Of a DNA stretch of 64,000 bases, positions 16,391 through 25,136 are shown piece after piece (position 1 is the first letter of the stretch; each line of letters opens with the position of its first letter). Origin of the DNA: an uncultured Planctomycetia bacterium (GTDB lineage: Bacteria > Omnitrophota > Gorgyraeia > VGKH01 > JBHPFN01); assembly GCA_964406665.1 (NCBI GenBank), contig CAYOSQ010000001.1, forward strand, positions 7,412 to 71,411. The letters run 5' to 3'. The translations under genes and the position numbers were made by a program. The notes beneath the pieces are model-generated. The model saw only the letters and a program-made list of their open reading frames with translations. It was not told where the DNA came from and ran no database searches.

Positions 16391-18790
16391 TTAACCGATT
16401 TTAAAGAATAATCTACTAGAATTATTATCGCGTATTCCGGATTCGTTGACTCTTCTAATGGCATACAACAAATCATTGCGCAGCGCATAATCTTTAGCAG
16501 GTAATAAAGAAACTATCAGCATATCATTAATTCTTCTTACCTTCCCCGGGAGGCTGTAAAACTGCTCTTTCATCTTAAGCAAATCCATTCCTTTGTAACT
16601 AAATGGAAAATAATGATTTACAGCATAGTTATGCAGCCTGCTAAGCAAAAACTTTATGTTTTCTTTTGCATCTGTTGTTGAACAGTTCAGCTGATAATCG
16701 TCTTTTTTCTCTTCAACTAAATCTGTTTTCTGCTTCAACATGAAATTATGCATAGTAAAAGGATCTTGTTTCTTCAACAAATCTTGATATGTTTCCTCTA
16801 AATTAGGCCAACGCATCACATATTTACGTATTATTTCTTCCGGCGAAGACTTTTCTTCCGATATATTAGTAAGTATGCCGATACGCGGCGAACTAAACTC
16901 TGAATCCCTCAAGAATATAACTCTAAACGTTACCCTATGCGTTACGCTTAACTTAGGAAAATCAACTTTAAAATTACTATAGAATATTTGTCTTCCTAAC
17001 TCTTCTATAACAAAAGTTTTGATAGCTTTAGTATCAAACGGCTGAAACGATTTTGCCTGAGCCTGCCAGGGCCAAAACCCGATAATAAAATTTCTTTTTA
17101 AGGCTGATGGTACATCTTCGCGATAGAGCTCTTCTTCCTTCGGACTTAAGGCAATTACTGATTTTATTCTTTTTTCGATGGTGTCTTCACATAAAGCTAA
17201 GAATTCAAACGTAATCTTTGAAAACTCTTTAAATCCTGAAATATTAAAAATATTGATTGGGCTGCTGTTATTAACAAATGTCCTTTCAATATAATGTTTT
17301 GTTGTGCTAATGCTGGTATTAACAACAGCCGGTATGTTACTACCTGACCAAATAGTTTTCCATTGCCCGTCGATAAAAAAAACAGAGTTATCATTTAAAA
17401 TAAACTTTATTTTATTTATTTGGGAAAATCCTTTGGCTATATGATCATGCAGGGCAAGAGCTACTTCTTTTTTTGCCATGAGATTCTGCATAAAACTCTG
17501 GAGATCTGAACTGGAAAACTTTCCTAAAGAATCGTTTAGCAACCACAGACCTTTACCTTTATACAAATCTATCTCTTTTAGATCATTTATCCCAAAGACC
17601 GAATGATAAATTAACGAATCTGTCTTTGCTGCATAGCTTTTATTTTGCAGTGGCCCGCGAAGTATTCCATCAAAAGTATTGGCATTAAATACCTCCCACT
17701 CAGCCGCCTTTAGAAAAAACGTGCCCACCGAATCTATTTCTTCATCATCACTTATCTTAACCGGAATTATAGGTTCCTCAGGGACTAAAACCTGAATTTC
17801 TTCTTCTTGCACAGGAGGCTCTATTTCTTTTTCTTCTTCAGCTTTTTCCGACGACAAGATAGCAGCTGGCTCAGGCTGCAAGTCTTCCTTCGCTTTAGGT
17901 TCAAGAATTGGCTTTTGTTCCTCTACTTCCTGTTCAGGAATAACTATATCTTCTTTTTCTTGTCTTACCTGTTCAATTTCTTCAGCTGCTTCCTGATCAA
18001 GTTCAGCCTCAGAGATTTCCTGCTCTGCGGAATCGCTCTCTGGAGTTTCCTGCAGCTGTTCTAATGCAGGATCTGGTTTTTCGATTTCTTTTGGCAAGTC
18101 TATTTCTTCTACTGGTGGCTTAACATCAGTCTCTTCAACAGGTGGCTGTTGATCTATCTGAGCTGGGGGTTCCTTGATATCTTCAGGCTCTGGTTCAGGT
18201 TCTCGTTCTGGCTCTGGCTCAGGCTCAAGCTCTGTTTCTTTAGGCTCTTCTAACTTAGGAGCATCTTCTTCTGCAATCTGCTCAATCTTTTCTTGCGAAG
18301 CAGAAACATCAGGTTTTTTAATCTCAGGCTCTTTAATTTCAGGAATCGGCGCCAAAGGCTCCTGAACTTCTAATTCTTTCTTTTCTTCTGGTTCAATAAG
18401 CGGAATGATATCTTCTGCCGGTATGGCTTTTTCGACTTTTTCTTCCTCTATATTACTGACTACTTCAGCAGGCTTAATAGGTGGGGGGGTCTCTTCCAGA
18501 GATTGAACATCTTCTTTTTTCTCAATAAGCAAGGATTGCTCATGCCTAGGCAGAATATGAGATTCCTGCTTTGCAGCAGATCTTAAGCCGTTTTGATATT
18601 TAGGCCTGCCTACGCGACTGCTTAATCCGGCTTCTTTTATAATTGAATTTATAGATGATTTGGATGCGGATATTGAGAAACGCTTATTGACCATATCAAC
18701 CAACTTCCTACATCCCAGCTTAGGATTCTGCTGTTTTTGGCTGATAATAAAATTCTTTACCTCGTCTTTAAGCTTATAGACTACGCCCAT
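16391..18790 (-). CDS. Large protein (799 aa) with an N-terminal HTH-like domain, a long acidic Pro/Glu-rich (EP)n low-complexity linker and an uncharacterised roughly 430 aa C-terminal domain
   Basis: The N-terminal KLKDEVKNFIISQKQQNPKLGCRKLVDMVNKRFSISASKSSINSIIKEAGL resembles an HTH. The central segment ELEPEPEPEREPEPEPED is embedded in an about 250 aa E/P/K-rich region. Confidence 0.5.
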   Translation of the reverse strand: MGVVYKLKDEVKNFIISQKQQNPKLGCRKLVDMVNKRFSISASKSSINSIIKEAGLSSRVGRPKYQNGLRSAAKQESHILPRHEQSLLIEKKEDVQSLEETPPPIKPAEVVSNIEEEKVEKAIPAEDIIPLIEPEEKKELEVQEPLAPIPEIKEPEIKKPDVSASQEKIEQIAEEDAPKLEEPKETELEPEPEPEREPEPEPEDIKEPPAQIDQQPPVEETDVKPPVEEIDLPKEIEKPDPALEQLQETPESDSAEQEISEAELDQEAAEEIEQVRQEKEDIVIPEQEVEEQKPILEPKAKEDLQPEPAAILSSEKAEEEKEIEPPVQEEEIQVLVPEEPIIPVKISDDEEIDSVGTFFLKAAEWEVFNANTFDGILRGPLQNKSYAAKTDSLIYHSVFGINDLKEIDLYKGKGLWLLNDSLGKFSSSDLQSFMQNLMAKKEVALALHDHIAKGFSQINKIKFILNDNSVFFIDGQWKTIWSGSNIPAVVNTSISTTKHYIERTFVNNSSPINIFNISGFKEFSKITFEFLALCEDTIEKRIKSVIALSPKEEELYREDVPSALKRNFIIGFWPWQAQAKSFQPFDTKAIKTFVIEELGRQIFYSNFKVDFPKLSVTHRVTFRVIFLRDSEFSSPRIGILTNISEEKSSPEEIIRKYVMRWPNLEETYQDLLKKQDPFTMHNFMLKQKTDLVEEKKDDYQLNCSTTDAKENIKFLLSRLHNYAVNHYFPFSYKGMDLLKMKEQFYSLPGKVRRINDMLIVSLLPAKDYALRNDLLYAIRRVNESGIRDNNSSRLFFKIG

Positions 18791-18877
18791 TGATTTTTAG
18801 ATTGGACATTTCCCTTGTATAACATATTGTTAATTCAGATGTTACGTCTTAGATTAAATCTGATTTCTAATAGGTAT

Positions 18878-18905
18878 AGTCTATCACTAATACATAAGCT
18901 GTCAA
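18878..18905 (-). promoter_or_regulatory. Candidate sigma70 promoter upstream of the 799 aa gene (TTGACA-16 nt-TAGACT on the minus strand)
   Basis: Reverse complement of 18878-18905 reads TTGACAgcttatgtattagtgaTAGACT, about 88 nt upstream of the start at 18790. Confidence 0.3.
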
Positions 18906-18953
18906 GATAGTTTTTTTGACTCGGGGATAAATCATAAAATTAATACGAATTGA

Positions 18954-19295
18954 CTACTCGAAGCGCAGCTCATCATCAATCTGAGTCTGGGTTTGGGATA
19001 TTTTTTTTGCAGGTAACTCAACAACCGAATGCGCCTTAAGATAAATTCTGCTTATCTTACCGGGCGACATATCTTCTCTTAATCCAATAACTTTGTTTTT
19101 GCTATCTATAAAAACTGCATCCATATTAAAGCGCATAAAAAAGGTGTGGATAGAATTGCAGCGTCGGATAATAAGGGCTTCGTTTGCTTCTAGCGATTGC
19201 TTGCCCAGAAGACCTTTTGTCCTTGAAAAAAAAGTATCCGCAACTACTACCTTATCTGCTAATAGCGCGTTGCGGGTTTGATTGAAAATTTTCAT
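18954..19295 (-). CDS. DUF192 (COG1430) family protein
   Basis: 113 aa ORF. The FFSRTKGLLGKQSLEANEALIIRRCNSIHTFFMRFNMDAVFID pattern is typical of DUF192. Confidence 0.55.
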   Translation of the reverse strand: MKIFNQTRNALLADKVVVADTFFSRTKGLLGKQSLEANEALIIRRCNSIHTFFMRFNMDAVFIDSKNKVIGLREDMSPGKISRIYLKAHSVVELPAKKISQTQTQIDDELRFE

Positions 19296-19303
19296 GAAAT
19301 AAT

Positions 19304-21457
19304 TTACGGCTTGAAAACTTCTTCAGGGATAATTATGCCACGTGTCTTAAGCTCAGCATAGAACGAAGGAATATGCCCAGTAGGCTTAAACTCACCAAGC
19401 ACCTTACCTTTTTCATCGACTCCGGTCTGATAAAAAGCGAATATATCCTTTAAGCCGATGTGCATTTCATCAAGCATCCCTGTTATCTCAGTAACCTGAA
19501 GCACTTTTCTCGAACCATCTGAAAGTCTTGCGGTATGAACTATGACATGAACAGCAGATGCAATCATTTCTCTAATTGCCCTGATGGGCAACTCGATACC
19601 AGACATAAGTATCATTGAGTCCAGACGTGTTAAAACATCATGTGTGGAGTTAGCATGAACTGTGGTCATGGATCCGTCATGGCCTGTATTCATTGCCTGA
19701 AGCATATCTAACGTTTCAATCCCGCGACATTCTCCAATGAGTATTCTATCCGGACGCATTCTCAAAGAGTTTCTAAAAAGATCTCTAATAATAACTGCAC
19801 CCTTGCCTTCAATGTTCGGCGGACGCGATTCAAGCCTTACCCAATGATCCTGGGTTAATTTTAACTCTGCTGCGTCCTCGATAGTAACAATGCGTTCACT
19901 GCTGGGAACGAAAGTGGAGAGAACATTTAATACAGTTGTTTTTCCGCTTCCCGTACCTCCGGAAACTATTATGTTCTTGCGAGAAAGTACACATGCTTTT
20001 ATAAACTCACCCATGGGGCTACTTAGTGAATCTAAATCAACAAGCTCTTCGACAGTAAAACGCTCCTTGCGAAATTTTCTAATAGTTAAGGTAGGCCCTG
20101 TTAATGCCAGCGGAGGGATGATAGCATTAACGCGTGAACCGTCAGGAAGACGTGCATCAACCATGGGAACAGACTCGTCTATTCTTCTGCCTATAGGAGC
20201 AATTATACGCTCTATGGTTGTCTTTACATGAGCATTAGAGGTAAATTTCTTTGGGGTCAACTCCAGCTTTCCTTTCCGCTCAACATAGACTTCATTCCTG
20301 TTGTTAACCATAATGTCTGTTATCTCTGAATCTGAGAGTAGCGCCTCTAAAGGACCTAGGCCTAAAGCCTCATCCAATATATCTTCCACAAGAGCACGGC
20401 GCGCTTCCCCAGAAGAAATAAATTTTCCTGATTCCTCGGCAAGCAAGTTTGAAACTAAATTACCAGCCTTTTTTCTCAACTCCTCTTTGGCTGCATCAGA
20501 AAAAGCTTTTATATCGAGCTTCTTAAGATTTAACTCTGCTATAAGACGCTTATGTATACGGGTTTTTAACATAATCATCTTATCTATTTCACTAACTACA
20601 GTAGGTGAAGCTACGGGTTCAGCCATCCCAATTTTTTGCCAAAATTTATTTATCTTACCAGACGTCTTGTCTCCTTTTTCAGCAGCGCTGAAATCTTGAT
20701 GCTCAATAAATATCGAACTGTCGCTTATAAGTTTATTCGCGAAACTATCTATAGTTTTACTTACTTTGCTGCGAGCATTAACCATGCTAACCGGTAAGCC
20801 TCTGTTTACCGCCTCCATAACAACTTTGCCCTCTGATGGAATCTGGGTAATAATTTCACTTTTTAAAGCTGCCTGTATTTCATGTAAACCAATACTACTT
20901 AAACTTTCTGATCTGTTTAAAACAACTTTGATCATATTAACCGGGATAAGCATTGATTGCAGGGTATTTATTAAAACCTTAACCTGATTAATTGAAAGCA
21001 CGTCGGGGTTTGCTACTAAAAGAACAAGGTTTGCCTCATTTAAAATGCTTAACATTAAATCAGTAAAGCCACGTCCTGCATCAACAATGATATAATCATA
21101 GTTGGGTCTTAGAATATCGAACACGGCTTTTATATGAGATGGTTCAACCTGATGGGCCTGTTGCGGCCTGGCAATACCTGACAAAAAATCCATCCCGGAA
21201 GAATGCTTTGCTACAAAATCTCCAAGAACTATATCTTTTTTTGCGGCTTTAATCTCCGTAATAATATCAAGCATCGTCTTTTTAGGAGATAGGTCTAACA
21301 TTCTTCCCATGTCCCCGACTACTTGATAATCTAAATCGGCAAGAAGGGCTCTGACGTTTCTATCCTTAGTTAATGCAGCAGCTAAATTAGCCGCGAGAAA
21401 CGTTTTACCAACGCCTCCTTTTATGCTAAGAATAACGATTGTTTTTGCCAACGCCAT
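19304..21457 (-). CDS. tadZ-tadA: Fused Tad pilus ATPase: an N-terminal TadZ/CpaE-like ParA/MinD-family domain joined to a C-terminal TadA/CpaF secretion ATPase
   Basis: The N-terminal deviant Walker A ILSIKGGVGKTFLAANLAAAL (ParA/MinD-like, as in CpaE/TadZ) is followed by a C-terminal Walker A SGGTGSGKTT. The latter carries surrounding T2SS-E/CpaF-type motifs and the CpaF-like helical N-domain MIMLKTRIHKRLIAELNL. Confidence 0.8.
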   Translation of the reverse strand: MALAKTIVILSIKGGVGKTFLAANLAAALTKDRNVRALLADLDYQVVGDMGRMLDLSPKKTMLDIITEIKAAKKDIVLGDFVAKHSSGMDFLSGIARPQQAHQVEPSHIKAVFDILRPNYDYIIVDAGRGFTDLMLSILNEANLVLLVANPDVLSINQVKVLINTLQSMLIPVNMIKVVLNRSESLSSIGLHEIQAALKSEIITQIPSEGKVVMEAVNRGLPVSMVNARSKVSKTIDSFANKLISDSSIFIEHQDFSAAEKGDKTSGKINKFWQKIGMAEPVASPTVVSEIDKMIMLKTRIHKRLIAELNLKKLDIKAFSDAAKEELRKKAGNLVSNLLAEESGKFISSGEARRALVEDILDEALGLGPLEALLSDSEITDIMVNNRNEVYVERKGKLELTPKKFTSNAHVKTTIERIIAPIGRRIDESVPMVDARLPDGSRVNAIIPPLALTGPTLTIRKFRKERFTVEELVDLDSLSSPMGEFIKACVLSRKNIIVSGGTGSGKTTVLNVLSTFVPSSERIVTIEDAAELKLTQDHWVRLESRPPNIEGKGAVIIRDLFRNSLRMRPDRILIGECRGIETLDMLQAMNTGHDGSMTTVHANSTHDVLTRLDSMILMSGIELPIRAIREMIASAVHVIVHTARLSDGSRKVLQVTEITGMLDEMHIGLKDIFAFYQTGVDEKGKVLGEFKPTGHIPSFYAELKTRGIIIPEEVFKP

Positions 21458-21471
21458 ATGTTTTTGGTAGT

Positions 21472-23097
21472 TTAATTATTGTTTCTTCGAAAAGCAATTG
21501 GAACTTCTACACGAAGCTCATCTGCCCGCAACTGATAAGGAAAGGAAGGATAAGGATCCTCATTTTTTACTACCCCTAACGCAGCCTCATCCAATACCGC
21601 GTGTCCAGAAGATTCCTGGACGACAACTTCTTGCAATGAACCATTATCTGAAATAAGCAGGCTTAACCTTACAGTGCCTGACCAGCCTAATTCTTCTGCG
21701 TCTGCAGGATAGTATGCTGCGTTTAATATTTTAGTTTGCACCATCTGAACATATTCATTAAGCAGTCGCTGAACATCTTCTTGAGAAAACTCAACTGGTT
21801 TCTCTTCTTTTGACTCTTGAGCCTGAGCTTTTTTAATTTCTGAAACTATCGTTGGAGTAAGGGTGATAAATAACTCTACATTTCCTCTTTCTCCCTGACC
21901 GCCACCCATTTTAGTTTCTTTCTTTCTGAACAATGCTCCAATAATCGGAATGTCGCCTAAGAAAGCATTCTTTCTTATATCTTCTTCTAATTTTTCCTTA
22001 ATAATTCCACCGATAGCTAATGTCTGACCATTATCCAAATAAATCTCGGTTGAAATATTACGCTTGGTTAAAGGAAAGGCTTTAGCGGATGGAGCATTGG
22101 GGTCTCCGATAGTAATCGCGTCTCCGATTTCACTTACTTCAACATTAAGCCCAACATGAATTCTACCATCATCAATTGTGGGCTGAATATTAAGTTTGAT
22201 TCCATATTCCTTATACTCGATACTAGTTGAAGAAGCTCCACCTGATTGAACAGCGGTGCTGAACATCGGCTTCTCTCCGCCTACCAACAGCTCTGCTTCT
22301 TTTCCACTTGAGCATGTCAATCTCGGACGAGAAAGAATTCTCGCCTTACCTTCCTGCTCTAAGAAATCAACTGTGGCAGTAAGTGCATTTCTTGTCCAGT
22401 CGGATACATGGAATAATGCACTAAACCCTGTTACTGCGTTTGCAGTAGGGCCAGATGCTTCCAAAACAGAAAACTGTCCCGGCAGAGTAAACCCTAACGT
22501 CTTAGTTGCATCTCTATCCAATTCAAGAACCTGAACTTCTATATCAATAACGCCTTCGTCTTTAACTTGAAGGAGATCTATAGTCTGAGGGAATAATTCA
22601 CCTAATGCCAGCTCAATTAATTCTCTTTCCTCCTCGGTGGGAACATCTCCCAAAATAAGAATTCTACCTTCTTCGTGGTTAGCCTTTGTGTAAACATTAT
22701 CAAGCTTAAGCGGTTTCAACAAATTGTCAACGCGCCTTTTGGTGTTAGTCATGTCTGCAGTTAATACTCTAATCTCAAATGAGCGTTCTCCTAATTCATC
22801 CCAGACCACCAACGTTGTAGAACCTGCCCCCTTACCAGCTATGCTAACTGCATCTTCAGATACCTTGGTAATATCTGCAATCTGCGGATTACCAATAGCT
22901 ACTCTAGTAGGAGATTTTATGGGAAGAACTTTTATCTCCCCAATATATACTATTTCTTCGTTGTTTAAATATTCTTCAAAAGATATATCCTCAGCTGAGA
23001 TGATGACAGGTGAAACAAATAATAAAGAAATTAAAAAACAGCTGATGATATTTCTTCTGAAATGTTTCATTGTGTGATTCTTATATAAGCTCTTCAT
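21472..23097 (-). CDS. rcpA: Flp pilus secretin RcpA/CpaC with an additional C-terminal TonB-C-like domain
   Basis: Secretin C-domain FLGDIPIIGALFRKKE...VELFITLTPTIV. The last roughly 100 aa (AAYYPADAEELGWSGTVRLSLLISDNGSLQEVVVQESSGHAVLDEAALGVVKNEDPYPSFP...VEVPIAFR) match the TonB C-terminal domain pattern. Confidence 0.75.
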   Translation of the reverse strand: MKSLYKNHTMKHFRRNIISCFLISLLFVSPVIISAEDISFEEYLNNEEIVYIGEIKVLPIKSPTRVAIGNPQIADITKVSEDAVSIAGKGAGSTTLVVWDELGERSFEIRVLTADMTNTKRRVDNLLKPLKLDNVYTKANHEEGRILILGDVPTEEERELIELALGELFPQTIDLLQVKDEGVIDIEVQVLELDRDATKTLGFTLPGQFSVLEASGPTANAVTGFSALFHVSDWTRNALTATVDFLEQEGKARILSRPRLTCSSGKEAELLVGGEKPMFSTAVQSGGASSTSIEYKEYGIKLNIQPTIDDGRIHVGLNVEVSEIGDAITIGDPNAPSAKAFPLTKRNISTEIYLDNGQTLAIGGIIKEKLEEDIRKNAFLGDIPIIGALFRKKETKMGGGQGERGNVELFITLTPTIVSEIKKAQAQESKEEKPVEFSQEDVQRLLNEYVQMVQTKILNAAYYPADAEELGWSGTVRLSLLISDNGSLQEVVVQESSGHAVLDEAALGVVKNEDPYPSFPYQLRADELRVEVPIAFRRNNN

Positions 23098-23105
23098 TTT
23101 CCTCC

Positions 23106-24041
23106 TTATTGAGATAAGGGAACAACCTCTAATTCAAGCCCGCGAATAATCTCTACATCTTTACCTGAATAGATAGTTTCCCGAGGAGTGTCAATAATTT
23201 GTTTTGGCTTTCTCTTGGGTGCCTTACGAGGCATAATCTGATCAAGTAAAGCTTCTAAGTTAGCCGGTTCTATATCCTCAACTATTTCCTTGTCTTCGGG
23301 TGAACGCAATACCATCTGAATCTCACCTTGTTCGGTAACAAAAGCTAGCATGCTGGATTCTTGAGGAGTTAAGGCAACGGTGATAATCTTTGCTGGCTTA
23401 GTGACCTTTTTCCTCTTTTTTCCATCTTCAGCATATTTTTGAGGATCTTCATATCCTATATCTGTACCCACAGCAAGAACTAAAACATTTTGAAACACAG
23501 GATATACGAGCTCTTGCTTTTTCTTACTTTTTTTCTTGTCCTTTGTTTCTTCAACATAAGGGATAGTACATAAAATATCTACGTGGTCTCCGGGCTTTAA
23601 CATCCCACCTACAGATTGAATCTCTTTAACCTGAACTGCAATTGCTCTTTTACCTGCAGGCGTTGCCACTGATAGAGATGATGCCCTGGTTTTCCTTGGT
23701 CTTTTGGATGCTATTAACATACCTTTCAATATAGGTTCGCCTCTCTCGATATCTTTTCCGGCTGTCTTACCTACAACCTCGCCGAAAGAAGTAGCGATCC
23801 TAGGATCAAGCTGCTCTTTATAAATCATCACTACACCGAGCATCTCTGAGGTTATTGGAATCCCTGCAGAAATTTTTTGTTCAGCAACCAATATTCTTTC
23901 TTTTTGTTCCTGCAATTTCTCTGATGCCTGCCTAGCCCTTATAGCCAATGCTTGTGTTTGTTGATCAAGATAAATTTTTATCAATACAACAGCTAAAATC
24001 GCTAATACGCCACCGACTATCAAACTTATTCGTTTAGACAC
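23106..24041 (-). CDS. cpaB: Flp pilus assembly protein CpaB/RcpC (N-terminal TM anchor, SAF-like domain)
   Basis: RISLIVGGVLAILAVVLIKIY anchor and a GDHVDILCT motif typical of CpaB. Located immediately upstream of the secretin gene. Confidence 0.65.
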   Translation of the reverse strand: MSKRISLIVGGVLAILAVVLIKIYLDQQTQALAIRARQASEKLQEQKERILVAEQKISAGIPITSEMLGVVMIYKEQLDPRIATSFGEVVGKTAGKDIERGEPILKGMLIASKRPRKTRASSLSVATPAGKRAIAVQVKEIQSVGGMLKPGDHVDILCTIPYVEETKDKKKSKKKQELVYPVFQNVLVLAVGTDIGYEDPQKYAEDGKKRKKVTKPAKIITVALTPQESSMLAFVTEQGEIQMVLRSPEDKEIVEDIEPANLEALLDQIMPRKAPKRKPKQIIDTPRETIYSGKDVEIIRGLELEVVPLSQ

Positions 24042-24970
24042 TATTGTATCTCCCCTTCGTAATATTCGATTTTTGCCTTGTTAGAAAGATCGGCGATAAG
24101 CTGCTCAATTGCCGCCTGCTGCTTTACAAAAGTAAGTTCTCTTTTAATATCATCCCAGATATCAGACAATTCTTTTTGAGCACCGCCGCGTTTCTCCTCA
24201 AGCTTCACTATATAATATCCTTCCGGACCTTTAAAATAATTACTTGTTTTACCAACTTCCAAAGTATCTGAAAAAGCTTCAACATCAAACTGTGGAGATT
24301 TTACTCCTCTTTGTATAAAACCCAAATCTCCGCCCTTATCTTTACTGGCTGCCTTCGAACGTTCTACGGCCAAAGCAGCAAAATCGACTCCTTGATATAT
24401 TTGAATAATAACACCCCTTGCTTCCTCCTCGGTATTAACCACTATTTCGCGCAGATGTCTTTCTTCTGGATCTTTTAACTGTTCTTTATACGTTTCATAA
24501 AAATTATTTATTTCATCATATGTTACCACTACACTCTCGGCTTCTTTTCTCACCAACTCCATAACCAGAAGATCTGCTTTGGTTTTCTCTAAAATTCTTT
24601 GTATCTCAGGATTACTATCCAGCCCTCTGCTCTGTGCTTCTTGATAAAGCAAAGAACGACGCACCATTTCATTCTTTAAATATTCAACTTTCTGCTCGGG
24701 TGTGGTAATTTTTACTTCAGGCCTGTCTTCTGGCACTAAGGCATTAAAACTATCAACCTCTTCGTTAAGATCTTCTAGTACGATGGGATAATTGTTTACT
24801 TTTGCAACAACTGTGCCGGTTACCATGGGAATCTTGACCGACTTCGTTGCAGAAGTACCCGTTTTAGGTGGGCTTAAAAACGGAATTTGTTCACAACCGA
24901 TAAAATAAAAAGATATAATAACTAAGCATACAGCTACCACTAATCCTTTTAAAGACTTAAGGTTACTCAT
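24041..24970 (-). CDS. Parvulin-type peptidyl-prolyl cis-trans isomerase (SurA/PrsA-like), probable lipoprotein
   Basis: PpiC-type domain GGDLGFIQRGVKSPQFDVEAFSDTLEVGKTSNYFKGPEGYYIVKLEEKRG. Signal peptide ending in Cys (FIGC). Confidence 0.6.
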   Translation of the reverse strand: MSNLKSLKGLVVAVCLVIISFYFIGCEQIPFLSPPKTGTSATKSVKIPMVTGTVVAKVNNYPIVLEDLNEEVDSFNALVPEDRPEVKITTPEQKVEYLKNEMVRRSLLYQEAQSRGLDSNPEIQRILEKTKADLLVMELVRKEAESVVVTYDEINNFYETYKEQLKDPEERHLREIVVNTEEEARGVIIQIYQGVDFAALAVERSKAASKDKGGDLGFIQRGVKSPQFDVEAFSDTLEVGKTSNYFKGPEGYYIVKLEEKRGGAQKELSDIWDDIKRELTFVKQQAAIEQLIADLSNKAKIEYYEGEIQ

Positions 24971-24998
24971 ATTTATGTCCCTTTCTATATTTGAAAAA

Positions 24999-25027
24999 AT
25001 TATAGCAATTATTATTTTCTATTGCAA
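24999..25027 (-). promoter_or_regulatory. Candidate sigma70 promoter (TTGCAA-17 nt-TATAAT on the minus strand) driving the ppiase-cpaB-rcpA-tadZA segment
   Basis: -35 TTGCAA at 25022-25027 and -10 TATAAT (reverse complement) at 24999-25004, with a 17 nt spacer. An AAGGGA RBS precedes the ATG at 24970. Confidence 0.45.
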
Positions 25028-25136
25028 GAAAAATCTGCAAATTCTTGATAAAATAGAAAAAATAATCATTCGCTTTTGAAAAAAATAAATTAAAAATCTA
25101 CTTTTACTGCTTTTATTATCTAAACTAAATAAACCT

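Noticed and set aside
18174-18365. Gly/Ser-rich 63 aa ORF (GSGSGSRSGSGSGSS) on the plus strand
   Set aside because: It is the antisense reading of the (Glu-Pro)n low-complexity region of the 799 aa gene, so the compositional mirror image is expected.}
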